From: Octopus sinensis
Taxonomy: Eukaryota
Length of the DNA stretch: 64,000 nucleotides
Assembly (NCBI RefSeq): GCF_006345805.1
Contig: NC_042997.1
Coordinates: forward strand, 5,084,001-5,148,000
Direction: 5' to 3'
The notes under the pieces were generated by a model. The model was not told the origin of the DNA. It saw only the letters and a list, made by a program, of their open reading frames with translations, and did no database searches. The position numbers and the translations under genes were made by a program. Each line of letters starts with the position of its first letter. Position 1 is the stretch's first letter. Below, in pieces: positions 26,270 to 38,669 of the stretch.

Positions 26270-26450
26270 ACCAATATTTGGTTGTGAAGGTGCTCGTAAA
26301 TGCTTTCTGAAAGCATTCCTAATAACAACTTCTACACTAATGGTAAGCAAGTTATTGGTGTATAATTGCTAGTTGTAATAGCTTTGCTTTTGTCTGGTCA
26401 ATAATTGCTAGCTGTATTACATTTGTTTTCTGCTGGTCAACAAACGCTAC
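26270..26450 (-). mobile_element. Short R4-like RT fragment between (TAA)n tracts
   Basis: PITCLPLV*KLLLGMLSESIYEHL. Confidence 0.55.
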
Positions 26451-26467
26451 CTGTATTATTATTATTA

Positions 26468-26531
<64 letters not shown>

Positions 26532-26576
26532 ATTATTATTATTATTATTATTATTAATATTGTTATCATTATTATT

Positions 26577-29037
26577 CTGTAGTTTTATTTTTATAGTGTG
26601 CTTTCACTTCACTACCGAGCGCAGCTCTGTGTGCCTTGGGTATGTGCTGTGGTTGGTTGTGATGCTCTGATGGTTATTGTATGGTATGTGTTCTGCGTAG
26701 GATGTGTGCAGTGCCTAGTAGTGCAATTTTCTGTATGTTATATGTGTTTGTAAGTCCTGGTGTTTTGGTTATGTATTTGTCTGAAAATTTTTTATCATTC
26801 CTAATGCACCTACTATGATAGGAATTGTTTCTGTTTTTAGATTCCACATTCTGGTTACCTCTATTTCCAGGTCTTTGTATTTTGAAAGTTTCTCCATTTC
26901 TTTTAGAGAAACATTGTCATCTGCCGGTATTGATACCTCAATTAGAAAGCATTTTTTTTCTTCATGATCTCTGACAAATATATCTGGTCTTTTGGCCTTA
27001 ATTTCTCTATCTCTGTGTATCGGCATATCCCAGAGTATGGTTGCTTTCTCGTTTTCTGTGACCTTTTCTGGTGTGTGCCTATACCATCTTTTTTTCTATT
27101 ATTATTCCATAATGTTGGCATAGTTTCTAGTGTATGTAGGTTCCAACTCTGTCATGTCTGTGAATATATTCCTTCTTAGCCAGGACTGGGCATCCAGAGA
27201 TAATATGATTTATTGTTTCTTGTCCATCTCCACATATTCTGCAGTTACTAGTTATATTTCTTTTCATTACATGTTTTTGGTAATTTATGGTGGGGAGGCT
27301 TTGGTCTTGTGCTGCAATTAAAAATATCTCTGTCTCTGCTTTGATTCCTGAGCTTCTCAACCATTGCTGGGATTTTTCTCTGTCTCTTTCTTTTGCGTTT
27401 AGGTTAGTCCAGTATTTACCATGAAGGGGCTTTTCTTGCCATCGATTTATCATGGTTCGTTGCTGTTCTATTTTTAGTTTGGATTTCATTTGTTTTATAG
27501 TTTTTGTTGTTTCTTCATCTTCTTCTTCTTCTTTTTCATATTTATTAGGTGGTATGATTTCTTGTTTGTATTTCTCAGCTTCCTTAAATACTGAGAACAG
27601 TTTTTTTTGTTTTGTCGTGTTTTGCCGCTATTTGTATCAGTTTGCCTTCCTTCATTTGTTTTATCTAGTGTGATGTTGCTACTCTTAACTAATTTTCCTT
27701 TTTTCAGGATTACTTTAGCGCATTTTTCTAATCCAAATTTCATAACTATTTCTTTGGTAAATCCACGAACTGTCTTTAATAGTATTTTCAGCTCTTTGTC
27801 ATTTGCAGCGTATAGTTTTAGGTCATCCATATATAAACGGTGGCTGATCGTTTTGCCGTAACATTTATATCCGCATCCAGTTCTATTTAGCCTATCAGAT
27901 CGAGGTGAGAGTGACAAGCAGAAAAGGAGTGGAGAGAGCGTGTCTCCCTGGAATATTCCTCTTCTAATGGGGATGGCTTTGGTTTTCATGAGTCCCTCTT
28001 TTGTTTGGAGCTGTAGCAGTGTTTGCAATTTATCCATAGACTGCCCTATGAATTTTATAATTGTTGGTGCTTCTTTGTTAATGGCTAGTGTTTCGAGGAT
28101 CCATGTGCGTGGGATGCTATCAAACGCCTTTTTGTAGTCGATCCCGGCCATACTGAGGCCTTTCTTCTTTCTGTGGCTGTCTTCAGTTATGGCTTTATTA
28201 ATCATTAGTTGATCTTTACAGCTATATGAGCCTTTGCGGCATCCTATCTGCTCTTCTGGAAACAGGTTGTTTTCGTCCAGGTATTTGTTCAACCTTTGCG
28301 ATATCACTGCAGTAAATGCCTTGTACATAATAGGGAGGCAGGTTATTGGTCTGTAGTTTTCTGGTTTTGCTGTCTCATTTGATTTGGGAATTAAGATGGT
28401 TTTCCCCTTCGTCAACCATTCAGGCATTGTCGCTGGCTCTGCTAGTATGTTGTTAAAGTTTTCAGTCAGCTTTTTGTGCATTCCTGTCAGATATTTCAAC
28501 CAGAAGTTGGGGATCTTGTCATGCGCAGGTGCCTTCCAGTTGCTTAGTCTTTGCAGTGCCTGGGTGATCTCTTCAGTTGTTATGGCGGTCCAAAGTTGTT
28601 CAGATGCTGAGTTTGTTGTTTTGATACTCCTTTCTTTGGTTGTTCGTTCGCCGACCATATTTCTCTCCAGAATTCTTCCACTTCTTCTGCCGTTGGTGCT
28701 GCAGTGATTTCTATTTTATTTTTGCCAAGTTCTTGGTAGAACTTTTTGGGGTTGGAGTTGAACTTTTTGTTTTGTTCAAAGGAGCGCTGGCGTTTCTCGT
28801 ACCGGCGGATCATTTGTGCTTCGGCAAGGATATCTTGCTTCAGTTTTTCTTTTATCTCAGGTAAATCTTTTTCTGTGATGTTATATTTGCGGAGTATTTT
28901 TGTTTTCTTTTTGCTACTCAGTAGCGTTCATTGTCTACTGTTTTCATTAAGAATCGACAGATCTTTTCTCATTTTTTGTATTTTGTTTTGGATATTATTT
29001 GTCCACAGGGTTTGTTTGGGTGGTGGTACTCCTGTTT
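26577..29037 (-). mobile_element. R4/Dong-type non-LTR retrotransposon, subfamily A copy 1 (5'-truncated, internal deletion)
   Basis: RT motifs NYRPITCLP, IDYKKAFDS, GIFQGDTLSPLLF, LYMDDLKLY; CRIC...ETINHIISGC zinc knuckle; RPDIFVRD...IEVSIP RLE. Both ends in (TAA)n. Confidence 0.93.
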
Positions 29038-29068
29038 TATTATTATTATTATTATTATTAATATTAAA

Positions 29069-29125
<57 letters not shown>

Positions 29126-29126
<1 letters not shown>

Positions 29127-31157
29127 TATGTTTGACTTTTGCTTTATATTTGTACAAGTTGGCTCCAAGTCTCACCCAGAGACCACAAGAGACAACAGGG
29201 TTGAAGTTCATGTTGTTGTTATGCCTAGTGTGCCATATATTTGGGGGGTGGGGATGTTGTACTAATGAATGTCTAAAAAAAAAAAGTTTTTTTTTTTTTT
29301 TAAACCGGAAGTTATGTTTGTTTTAAACCTTGAGGTTACATAGAGAGTATTTTGCGTAGGATATGAGCCGTTCCCATGAGCACTATCTTTTGAACTTCTG
29401 CCATTTTTGGGTTTCCTGGTATCTGAGTTAGGTAGCTATCAGCCCCTTTTGCTATCATTCCCAGGGCACCTATGACAACAGGTATTGTTTTAGTCTTCAG
29501 CTTCCACATTTTGCTGATTTCTATTTCAAGATCTTTATATTGCTCAGTTTTGGTAGGTCTTGACAGATACGTTTATATCGATTGGGACAGTCATATCAAT
29601 GAGGAGGCATGTTCTTGTTTGAAGTTTTTCAATATGATGTCTGGCCTATTTGCATCTATCTTCCTGTCAGTTTGAATGGTGAAGTTCCAGAGGAGTGAGA
29701 TGTGGTCATTTTCAAGCACTGGGGTGGTTTGTGTTCCCACCAGTTTTTTTCATGGGGTAAATCCAGGTTTTTACAGATTACCCAGTGAATATATTGTGCA
29801 GCTCTATCGTGCCTGTTGAGATACTCTGTAGGCGCTAGAAGACTGCACTTGGAGACCACATGGTCAATGGTTTCATTTTGTTGCTTGCATACACGACACG
29901 TTGGACTGCTTCTGATCTTTAATATGTTGGCCTGGTAGTTTCTTGTTGGTAGGCATTGATCTTGAGCTGCTATGATAAACCCCTCTGTTTCAGATTTTAA
30001 GCCAGAGGCCATTAGCCATTGATGGGTCAGGGCTTTGTCGATATCTGCATTATTCGCTCTCTTTGGGTATTTGCCATAGAGAGGTTTTTCTTGCCATTTA
30101 TTATTCAGAATATCTAAGGCCGCAGTTTTGGCACGGGTTTTCATGCGCCTAGCTTTTTCTGTGCTTGTTTCTTGTATATCTATCTCTAATTCCGAAATTG
30201 GTTGTATTCTGAATTCACTTAGATATTCCTTTGCCTGTTTTGTGACTGAGTATGATGCTTTCTTGTTTTCATGTTTTGAGACAAGTTTTAGCATCCAGTC
30301 CTCAGAGTTTTTCAGGTAGGTGTCTAGGCCAATTGTAGCAATCTTCATTGTTATTGTCAGTTGCAAAAGACCACGGCCTCCCTCTTTTCTTGGCAGATAG
30401 AGTCGTTCTGTATCTGCCTTAGGGTGGTGCATTCTATGCATTGTCAACAGTTTCCTTATTTTTCTGTCGAGCTGACATATTTCAGTAATTGACCAGTTAA
30501 CAATATTGAAACTGTAAGTCACGACTGGTATAGCTAATGCATTGATTGCTTCGATCCTGTTTCTTGCATTCAGCTCTGTCTTGAGTATTGCTCTCACTCT
30601 TCGATAGCATTCTCTCCTGATCCTTTCCTTCATCTCTGAATGCCTTATTCCGTTCCCTTCAATTATCCCTAGGTATTGTAGCTCTCCGCTGGGTCTAGGT
30701 CTTTTATGACATTCTGTTGGTCAAGGTTAACGTTAGATGTTTCTGTCATTTTTCCTTTGATAAAGGTAGCCTTTGCACATTTATCGAGGCCGAATTGCAT
30801 TCTGATGTCGTCACTAATTGTTTGACTATCGCTAGTAAGCCCTTGAGTTGTTGATCATTTCTTGCAAAAAGCTTTAAATCATCCATGTAAACGAGATGAT
30901 TTATATTTTTATCAAACATTTTATACCCGTACTGCGCATCATTGAGCAGCTTTGAGAGGTTTTAAGGATAAACAAAAGAGGAGTGGTGACAGTGAGTCAC
31001 CCTGGAAAATGCCACACGAAATTTTTACATCACCAGCATTTAGGGATTCACTGTCACTGTTCAGAGTTAGTGTGGTTCTCCATGATCCATACTTACAGTC
31101 AAGAAGTTTCGCAGAGTTGGTGCTATCTTATACATTTCAAGGCATTCCTAATCCAGC
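29126..31157 (-). mobile_element. R4/Dong-type element, subfamily B copy 1
   Basis: RT GIFQGDSL/YMDDLK region; 325-aa ORF with HHPKADTERLYLPRKEGGRGL and CRVC...ETIDHVVSKC; RLE; distinct 3' UTR ending at (TAA)n. Confidence 0.93.
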
Positions 31158-31292
31158 TATTATTATTATTATTATATTATTATTATTATATCATTATTAT
31201 ATATATTATTATCATTATTATTATTAGTATTATTATTATATTATATTATTATTATTATTATTATTATATTATTATTATTATTATTATTATTT

Positions 31293-32154
31293 TGTTGACT
31301 TTTGCTTTATGTCTGTACAAGTTGGCTCCAAGTCTCACCCAGAGACCTCAAGAGACAACAGGTTGGAATTTCACGTTGTTGTTATGCCTAGTGTGCCATA
31401 TATTTGGGGGGTTTTTGGTGTTGTACTAGTGAATGTCTAATACATAAAAAAAAATGTTTGTTTTAAACCTTGCGATTACATAGAGAGTATTTTGCGTAGG
31501 ATATGAGCAGTTCCCATGAGCACTATCCTTTGAATTTCTGCCATTTTTGGGTTTCCTATTATCTCAGTTAGGTAGCAATCAATCCCTTTCGCTATCATTC
31601 CCAGGGCACCTATGACAATAGGTATTGTTTTAGTCTTCAGCTTCCACATTTTGCTGATTTCTATTTCAAGATCTATATAGTTGCTCAGTTTTTGGTAGGT
31701 CTTGACAGATACGTTTATATCGATTGGGACAGTCATATCAATGGGGAGGCATGTTCTTTGTCTGAAGTATTTCAATATGATGTCTGGCATATCTGCATCT
31801 ATCTTTCTGTCATATTGAATGGTGAAGTTCCAGAGGAGTGAGATGTGGTCATTTTCAAGCATAGGAGGTGGATTGTGTTCCCACCATTTTTTTTTCATGG
31901 GGCAAATCCAGGTTTTGCAGATTACACAGTGAATATATTGAGCAGCTCTATCATGCCTGTTGAGGTACTCTGTAGGCGCTAGAAGACTGCATTTGGAGAC
32001 AACATGATCATTGGTTTCATTTTGTTGTCTGCATACACGACATGTTGGGCTACTGCCGTTCTTTAATATGCTGGCCCGGTAGTTTCTTGTGGTAGGCATT
32101 GATCTTGAGCTGCTATGATAAACCCCTCTGTTTCAGATTTTAAGCCAGAGGCCA
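31293..32154 (-). mobile_element. R4/Dong-type element, subfamily B copy 2 (3' 0.86 kb)
   Basis: 207-aa ORF with zinc knuckle and MPDII...IDMTVP; same 3' UTR as B1. Confidence 0.92.
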
Positions 32155-32169
32155 TTATTATTATTATTG

Positions 32170-32204
<35 letters not shown>

Positions 32205-32205
<1 letters not shown>

Positions 32206-34100
32206 GCATTAGTATATACTTTCAATTCGGTTTCTATTTCTTACTGAGTGTCTTCTTGATACCCAGGGCAGAAAAACGTACTGTATACATTGGTAGGTCA
32301 ATAAAACAAACACACTAGATTGTTTATTTACGGAGTTATATGATAGGGTAAAGGGGGAGACAGAGATGAAACGGAAAAAGGAAACAGATAAGATAAAGTA
32401 GGAAGGGTGAAAATTCACATCGTTAATGCACTTCTCAATACTGTGGCGTACCAGTTAAGAAAATATTTTGCTCTTCCGGCATGGATGGTTATCCAGAGAT
32501 CATTCTTAAGTAATTTCCAGTACCCTGTTTGATCATTGCAATCACCGATATAGTGACTGTCTTGAGATGCCACATTTTTTAGATTTCAATTAGCAAATCT
32601 TTATATTTTCTTAGCTTGTCGAATTCTCTTTCCGAGATATTATGGTTACAGGGTATTCTTATGTCAATCATTAAACAGACTTTACTACCTAATAGTAGGT
32701 ATTAAACCATGTTACCAGAAAAATTGAAAGTATGATGTATCTAATTAAAGGGTCACGCGATGAGCATAAAACAGAGATAAACCAACTAAGGAAGAGACGT
32801 ACCCAAGATCAGGAAGAAATTCCCATTAAGTATTCTGTGAAATATTCTGTGTAATGGTATCAAAAGTAACAAAATCACGTAGAACCAGCATGAGAAAAAG
32901 AAAGCTGAACAAACACTTTGAGATAATGCCCAAACCGAAAGAGATACGAAGCAAAAAAAGAGAAATGTATTCCTTTGGATCACGAAATCTCAAATGTTCA
33001 GAACTCGTGCGAGAATGCGACGCCCTCTAGTGACAAAGACTGGACCACTACACATAGAGAGTAGCTGTTTGAGTAAGTGAGGTAGTTTGTGTGTTGATAC
33101 TTGAAAATTTACAGTTGGAGTTAACGTGTTGGATTGTTGGTTTTAAAACATTGTTGTTACGTTCCGTACGGTTACTACTGCTTGTTTTGATTATATTGTT
33201 ATTATACTGCTGGAGTGCATTCGTTTATTCATAAGGATAACACCTTTGTGTATGTTTTGATATGGTCAGTATTACATGCAAGGCAATGTTGTATCCTTCC
33301 ATTGAGCAGTTCATATTTATTATAGCCTGGGGAGATTGTTAAGGTGCTCCATATATATCGACAGCGTGATGCTTAGTTCTACTTTAGTTATTTCTTAATT
33401 CAGTTCGTCTCCGTCCTCCGTTGTAGCAGATCATTTATGGTATGTGTTATTTTGTTTGTTGCCTTGTGCTCCAGTATTCACCTGTATATGCGTGTTGTTG
33501 ATTTGCTGTGTTGTTCTATATATTTCTGGGATCGGTAGCTGTGTAGAGATTTTACTTTGGCTTAGCCTTTTATTTACCGTTTGCAGTGTTATCTCAGTTG
33601 TGCTCTCATCTTCCTTTTGTGGTGTCGTATGCGTTTTCCGGAGATATAATGTCTGGTGTGCTGTTTTTGCCTGATTGCGACCCATTGTGTTGAGCTACGA
33701 AGTATTTTGCTTTATTTCCAGTGTGTATTTTATGACAGTTTGTCTATTTCGGTTTGGGTTACTTTTCCTTCTCGCAGGATATATCGCCGGACATTCGCAA
33801 GGGTATTTTTTGAAACACCTCACCTTCTATCAGTATTTCTTCTTTTCCATATTTGGTATACTTCTCTTCTATCCTGTATAGTTTTGCAGTGTACAATGCA
33901 TATATCACTTCGATGTCGTCGTATCTGTCCACCGTTCTCTTTTGCTTTTGCTTTTCACTTGGACGGTGTCTTTAGAAGTTTACCTGTTGAGAGTAAACTT
34001 TTTAGCAGAGCACCGTCTCTGGTTGCATGCTATTTTTATTTTCGTATCTCCAACGCCTCAATCTCATAAATAAAATGCGCGTTTATTCGATTTCTAAGTT
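32205..34100 (-). mobile_element. R4/Dong-type subfamily D: RLE end plus N-terminal domain, RT apparently missing
   Basis: 32205-32720 encodes CLMIDIRIP...KLRKYKDLLIEI*KMWHLK. ~33700-34000 encodes RERWTD...YQIWKRRN...LANVRRYILREGKVTQTEIDKL (R4-like N-terminus). No RT motifs seen between them. Confidence 0.6.
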
Positions 34101-34629
34101 TTATTACCGAGCATATCTGTTTTTTTTTCTCTCTATTTAAAATCAGACGAGTTGCATTATATATATTTTTTGTTATTATTATTTGTTTCGTTTAATCCGT
34201 TTAAATACTGTGTGTTCTTCGTATCCTTATTTATGTACGAAATAAACGACTGCGTGTGTGAATCATATAAACATTACATTTTTGTGTATTTGTGTAGAAA
34301 TTAGCAGCATATACGATTATTATTTACATTCACAGTTATTTTTCTGTACCGACATCGCATTCTCGCGTGTTGCTTCATTTCTTCTTTAGGCAAATCGCAT
34401 CTCTGCGAATTGTTTACATTTTCACACACTTGTCTTTCTGTGACAACATGCCTGAGAGCAACTGTGTTTTATATATGAGAGAAATATTTTTGCGTCCTAA
34501 AATGATTTACATTTAGAATGAATTTCTTTAATATTTTTCTTGTTTGTTAAATAATGCTTGCCGATGATTACAGACTCATACCAACATGCCACGGAGTTTG
34601 CACGTACGCGTCCGCCATGTTTGTTACTC

Positions 34630-34667
<38 letters not shown>

Positions 34668-34682
34668 GTGATGTTGTTGTTG

Positions 34683-34723
<41 letters not shown>

Positions 34724-34726
<3 letters not shown>

Positions 34727-35657
34727 TAGTTTTATTTTTATAGCGTGCTTTCACTTCACTACCGAGCGCAGCTCTGAGTGCCTTGGGTATATGCTGTGAT
34801 TTGTTGTGATGCTCTGATGGTTATTGTATGGAAAGTGTTCTGCGTAGGATGTGTGCAGTGCCTAGTAGTGCAATTTTCTGTATGCTATATGTGTTTGTAA
34901 GTCCTGGTGTTTTTGTTATGTATCTGTCTGAATATTTTTTTATCATGCCTAATGCACCTACTATGATAGGAATTGTTTCTGTTTTCAGGTTCCACATTCT
35001 AGTTATCTCTATTTCCAGGTCTTTGTATTTTGAGAGTTTCTCCATTTCTTTTAGAGACACGTTGTCATCTGCCGGTATTGATACATCAATTAGAAAGCAT
35101 TTTTTTTTTCTTCATGATCTCTGACAACTATATCTGGTCTGTTGCCCTTAATTTCTCTATCTGTGTGTATCGGCATATCCCAGAGTATGGTTGCTTTCTC
35201 GTTTTCTGTGACCTTTTCTGGTGAGTGCCTATACCATCTTTTTTCTGTTGTTATTCCATAATGTTGGCATAGCTTCCAATGTATGTAGGTTCCAACTCTG
35301 TCATGTCTGTGAATATATTCCTTCTTAGCCAGGACTGGGCAGCTAGAGATAATATGATTTATTGTTTCTTGTCCATCTCCACATATTCTGCAGTTACTTG
35401 TAATATTTCTTTTCATTACATGTTTTTGGTAATTTCTGGTGGGGGAGGCTTTGGTCTTGTGCTGCAATTAAAAATCCCTCTGTTTCTGCTTTGAGTCCTG
35501 AGCTTCTCAACCATTGCTGGGATTTTTATTTGTCTGTATCTTTTGCGTTTAGTTTAGTGCAGTATTTACCATGAAGGGGCTTTTGTTGCTATCGTTTTAT
35601 CATGGCTCGTTGCTGTTCTATTTTTAGTTTGGATTTCATTTGTTTTATAGCTTTTTT
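34724..35657 (-). mobile_element. R4/Dong-type subfamily A copy 2
   Basis: Near-identical to the 3' part of 26577-27500; flanked by (TAA)n. Confidence 0.93.
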
Positions 35658-35688
35658 TATTATTATTGTTATTATTATTAGTATTATT

Positions 35689-35796
35689 CAGTAGTTTTAT
35701 TTTTATAGCGTGCTTTCACTTCACTACCGAGCGCAGCTCTGTGTGCCTTGGGTATGTGCTGTGATTTGTTGTGATGCCCTGATGGTTATTGTATGG

Positions 35797-35802
<6 letters not shown>
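35689..35802 (-). mobile_element. R4/Dong subfamily A copy 3 (114 bp, essentially 3' UTR only)
   Basis: Matches 34724-34837; (TAA)n on both sides. Confidence 0.9.
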
Positions 35803-35887
<85 letters not shown>

Positions 35888-35894
35888 CATAATA

Positions 35895-36345
35895 TATTCG
35901 ACTTTTGCTTTACATTCGTACAAGTTGGCTCCAAGTCTCACCCAGAGACCTCAAGAAACAACAGGTTGGAAGTTCATGATGGTGTTATGCCTAGGGTGCC
36001 ATACATTTGGTTTTGTACTTAGTGTTCTACAAGAGAATGTTTAAGAAACCATAAGAAAATTATGCTTGATTTAAAACTTGAGATTACATAGAATGTATTT
36101 TGCGTAAGATATGAGCAATTCCCATGAGCACTATCTTTTGAATTTCTTCCATTTTGGTGTTTCTTGGTATCTGAATAATGTGGCAATCAGCCCCTTTTGC
36201 TATCATTCCCAGGGCACCTATGACAACAGGTATTGTTTCAGTCTTCAGGTTCCAAATTTTGCTAATTTCTATTTCAAAATCTTTATATTTGCTCAGTTTA
36301 TGGTAGGTCTTGACAGATATGTTTATAGGTTTATATCGATTAGTA
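35895..36345 (-). mobile_element. R4/Dong subfamily B copy 3
   Basis: KYKDFEIEISKIWNLKTETIPVVIGALG...ILRKIHSM plus B-type 3' UTR; (TTC)n(TTA)n at the 5' junction. Confidence 0.88.
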
Positions 36346-36423
36346 TTTCTTCTTCTGCTTCTTCTTCTTCTTCTTCTTCTTCTTCTTCTTCTTCTTCTTC
36401 TTCTTCTTCTTCTTCTTCTTCTT

Positions 36424-36495
<72 letters not shown>

Positions 36496-36496
<1 letters not shown>

Positions 36497-36900
36497 CCTC
36501 GTAACACAGTGCAGGTAAAAATGCACCGGAGCCTCTAGTCATCTGTTAAGTCAAAACAAGGAGCTCAAACATAATACTTTCCTTATGATGCACGCAATGC
36601 CCAATAAGGTTGCTTTTTGCAAGACATCAATCTTGCATGGAGTTTCCAGTTGAAATATCATTGTCCCAGGGAATCGGTACTTTTCCATCCTCCTGCATAA
36701 CTTTACTTGGTACATGCTCATACCAGTTTTCTGTTACTTCATATTGGTATTTACGCCATGAGAGCCAATGAAGATACACACATTATATCGTCGCGGGGCA
36801 AGTATTCTTTTTGTGCAAGGCTCTCACAGACGCTTACCAAGGGGGTCACGTTTTTCACACATTTTCCGCAGTCTGCATTTCTGGGTGTCAGAAGTTTTAT
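36496..36900 (-). mobile_element. Divergent R4-like 3' fragment (subfamily E)
   Basis: LAQKEY..D..C...HW...NWYEHVPSKV...PWD...QKATLLG across frames. Confidence 0.65.
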
Positions 36901-37168
36901 AGATGTATATGGAAGTTTTATTGTTATTATTGATGTTGTTGTTGTTGTTTTTGTCATCTTCATCATCCTCATCATCAGCAGCAGTAGTAGTAGCAGTAGC
37001 TGTAGTAAAGTCCAACAGTCCAACAGAGTTTAAAATGGGTCCTTCGAAATATAGAGTTTATAAGCAATGTAATATTCCCTTATGAGTGAGATCCAGCAGA
37101 TTTTTAAACTTGGTCATTCCCAGTAGAGAATTTATATACAGTGTTGCAGAGTCAAAGGTTTTTATTTC

Positions 37169-37383
37169 AAGTGACCTAAAAATAGGGAGTGTATTAGTAA
37201 GAGGGTTTTTATTTCTTATTATTTTCTTAATCTTCTTCTTACTTTCTTCTTCTCTCTCTTTTTCTCACTTTCTCTTCTTCTTTCCCATCTCTTTTTTCTC
37301 CTCCTTTTTTGTCTCTTTCTTCATTCCTCTCTTCCTGTTTTCGATTTCACCTTACTAATACACTCCCTATTTTTAGGTCACTT
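37169..37383. repeat. Perfect 33-bp inverted repeat around a ~150-bp pyrimidine tract
   Basis: aagtgacctaaaaatagggagtgtattagtaag (37169-37201) and its exact reverse complement (37351-37383). Confidence 0.95.
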
Positions 37384-37398
37384 TAATTACGCAAAAAT

Positions 37399-37502
<104 letters not shown>

Positions 37503-37918
37503 TCTCTTTGTCTTTCCTGGTTGGGACGTACAGATAGGCAGACTTCATTTCTCTCGACTTTCAATATATTTTTTACTCCTCTTTATTCTATATTCTTTCA
37601 AAATTTCACCCAGGTGTTATCCATTACAATTCGTCTACGCTTAACGTTCCTGAACGTCGATCCTTTCCGTAAGTCCACTCTGGCGTCGTTTGTTCGTTCA
37701 AAGTCATAACCTTCCAGAAATTTTAGATTTTTAAAATTTCAGGATGCTTATGAAGCCTTCCTCACTCGTCGTTAAAGGTACGAAATAGGTAGTGATAAAC
37801 TGTCGACAACTGTGGAGGAGTTAGACCTTTTAGGTATTTTGTCCCGTACTTGTCTTGCATTGCGCGTTTATGTATTTGTCACTCTACATATGTTTATAAA
37901 TATGCATATGTACATGTG

Positions 37919-37970
<52 letters not shown>

Positions 37971-38237
37971 TGTATTTTGTACGTATATGCTTCTTACAGT
38001 GTCAGTCTACCAAATCCATTCACGCGGCTTCAGTTGGTCCGAGGTTACAGTAGAGGTCACTTGCCAAATGTGCCATGGCTGCGCCTATATATGTATATTT
38101 ATAGAGATAATGCCCAGAAATTGTGTCAATAGCCAGCTGGAGAAAATGTTCTATTGGGGCTACAAGCTGTAGTAACATCCACCCTTAGTGGTTAGCCATA
38201 TTTAGATGGAAAATATACTTCACACACACATACATAC

Positions 38238-38323
<86 letters not shown>

Positions 38324-38341
38324 GTATATATCTATGTGTAC

Positions 38342-38377
38342 CTTTCTGTTGAAGAGCGTAGGCTCGAAACGTTAAAG
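38342..38377 (+). ncRNA. Minimal type I hammerhead-like motif, CUGUUGA variant
   Basis: cttt-CTGTTGA-a-GAG cgtagg CTC-GAA-ACGT-T-aaag. Confidence 0.55.
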
Positions 38378-38476
38378 ACTTGTTTTATTTATATTTCCTG
38401 AGCGCCATACTAATACAATTGTTTGTTTGTTTTCCACCTGCCTTCGTCTTTTGTCTATTTTCATAAAGCTTCCCGT

Positions 38477-38519
<43 letters not shown>

Positions 38520-38627
38520 TAAGGAAAAATTATAAAAAGGCAGAATGCTAAATTTAAGGAAAATTTTAATGAAAATGGGTGTATGCAAAATTTTGAAAAA
38601 TTAATGCAATATGTATATATATATATT

Positions 38628-38669
38628 AATTCAAACCGGTTTTCGTCACAATGTGACTTTTCAGGAATT
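38628..38669 (-). ncRNA. Minimal hammerhead motif at the PLE2 3' end (G8 to A)
   Basis: aattc-CTGAAAA-GTCAC att GTGAC-GAA-AACCGGTT-T-gaatt. Confidence 0.62.

Noticed and set aside
33021-33032. CTCF-like motif cgccctctagtg
   Set aside because: A single short match inside a TE remnant; cannot be supported from sequence alone.
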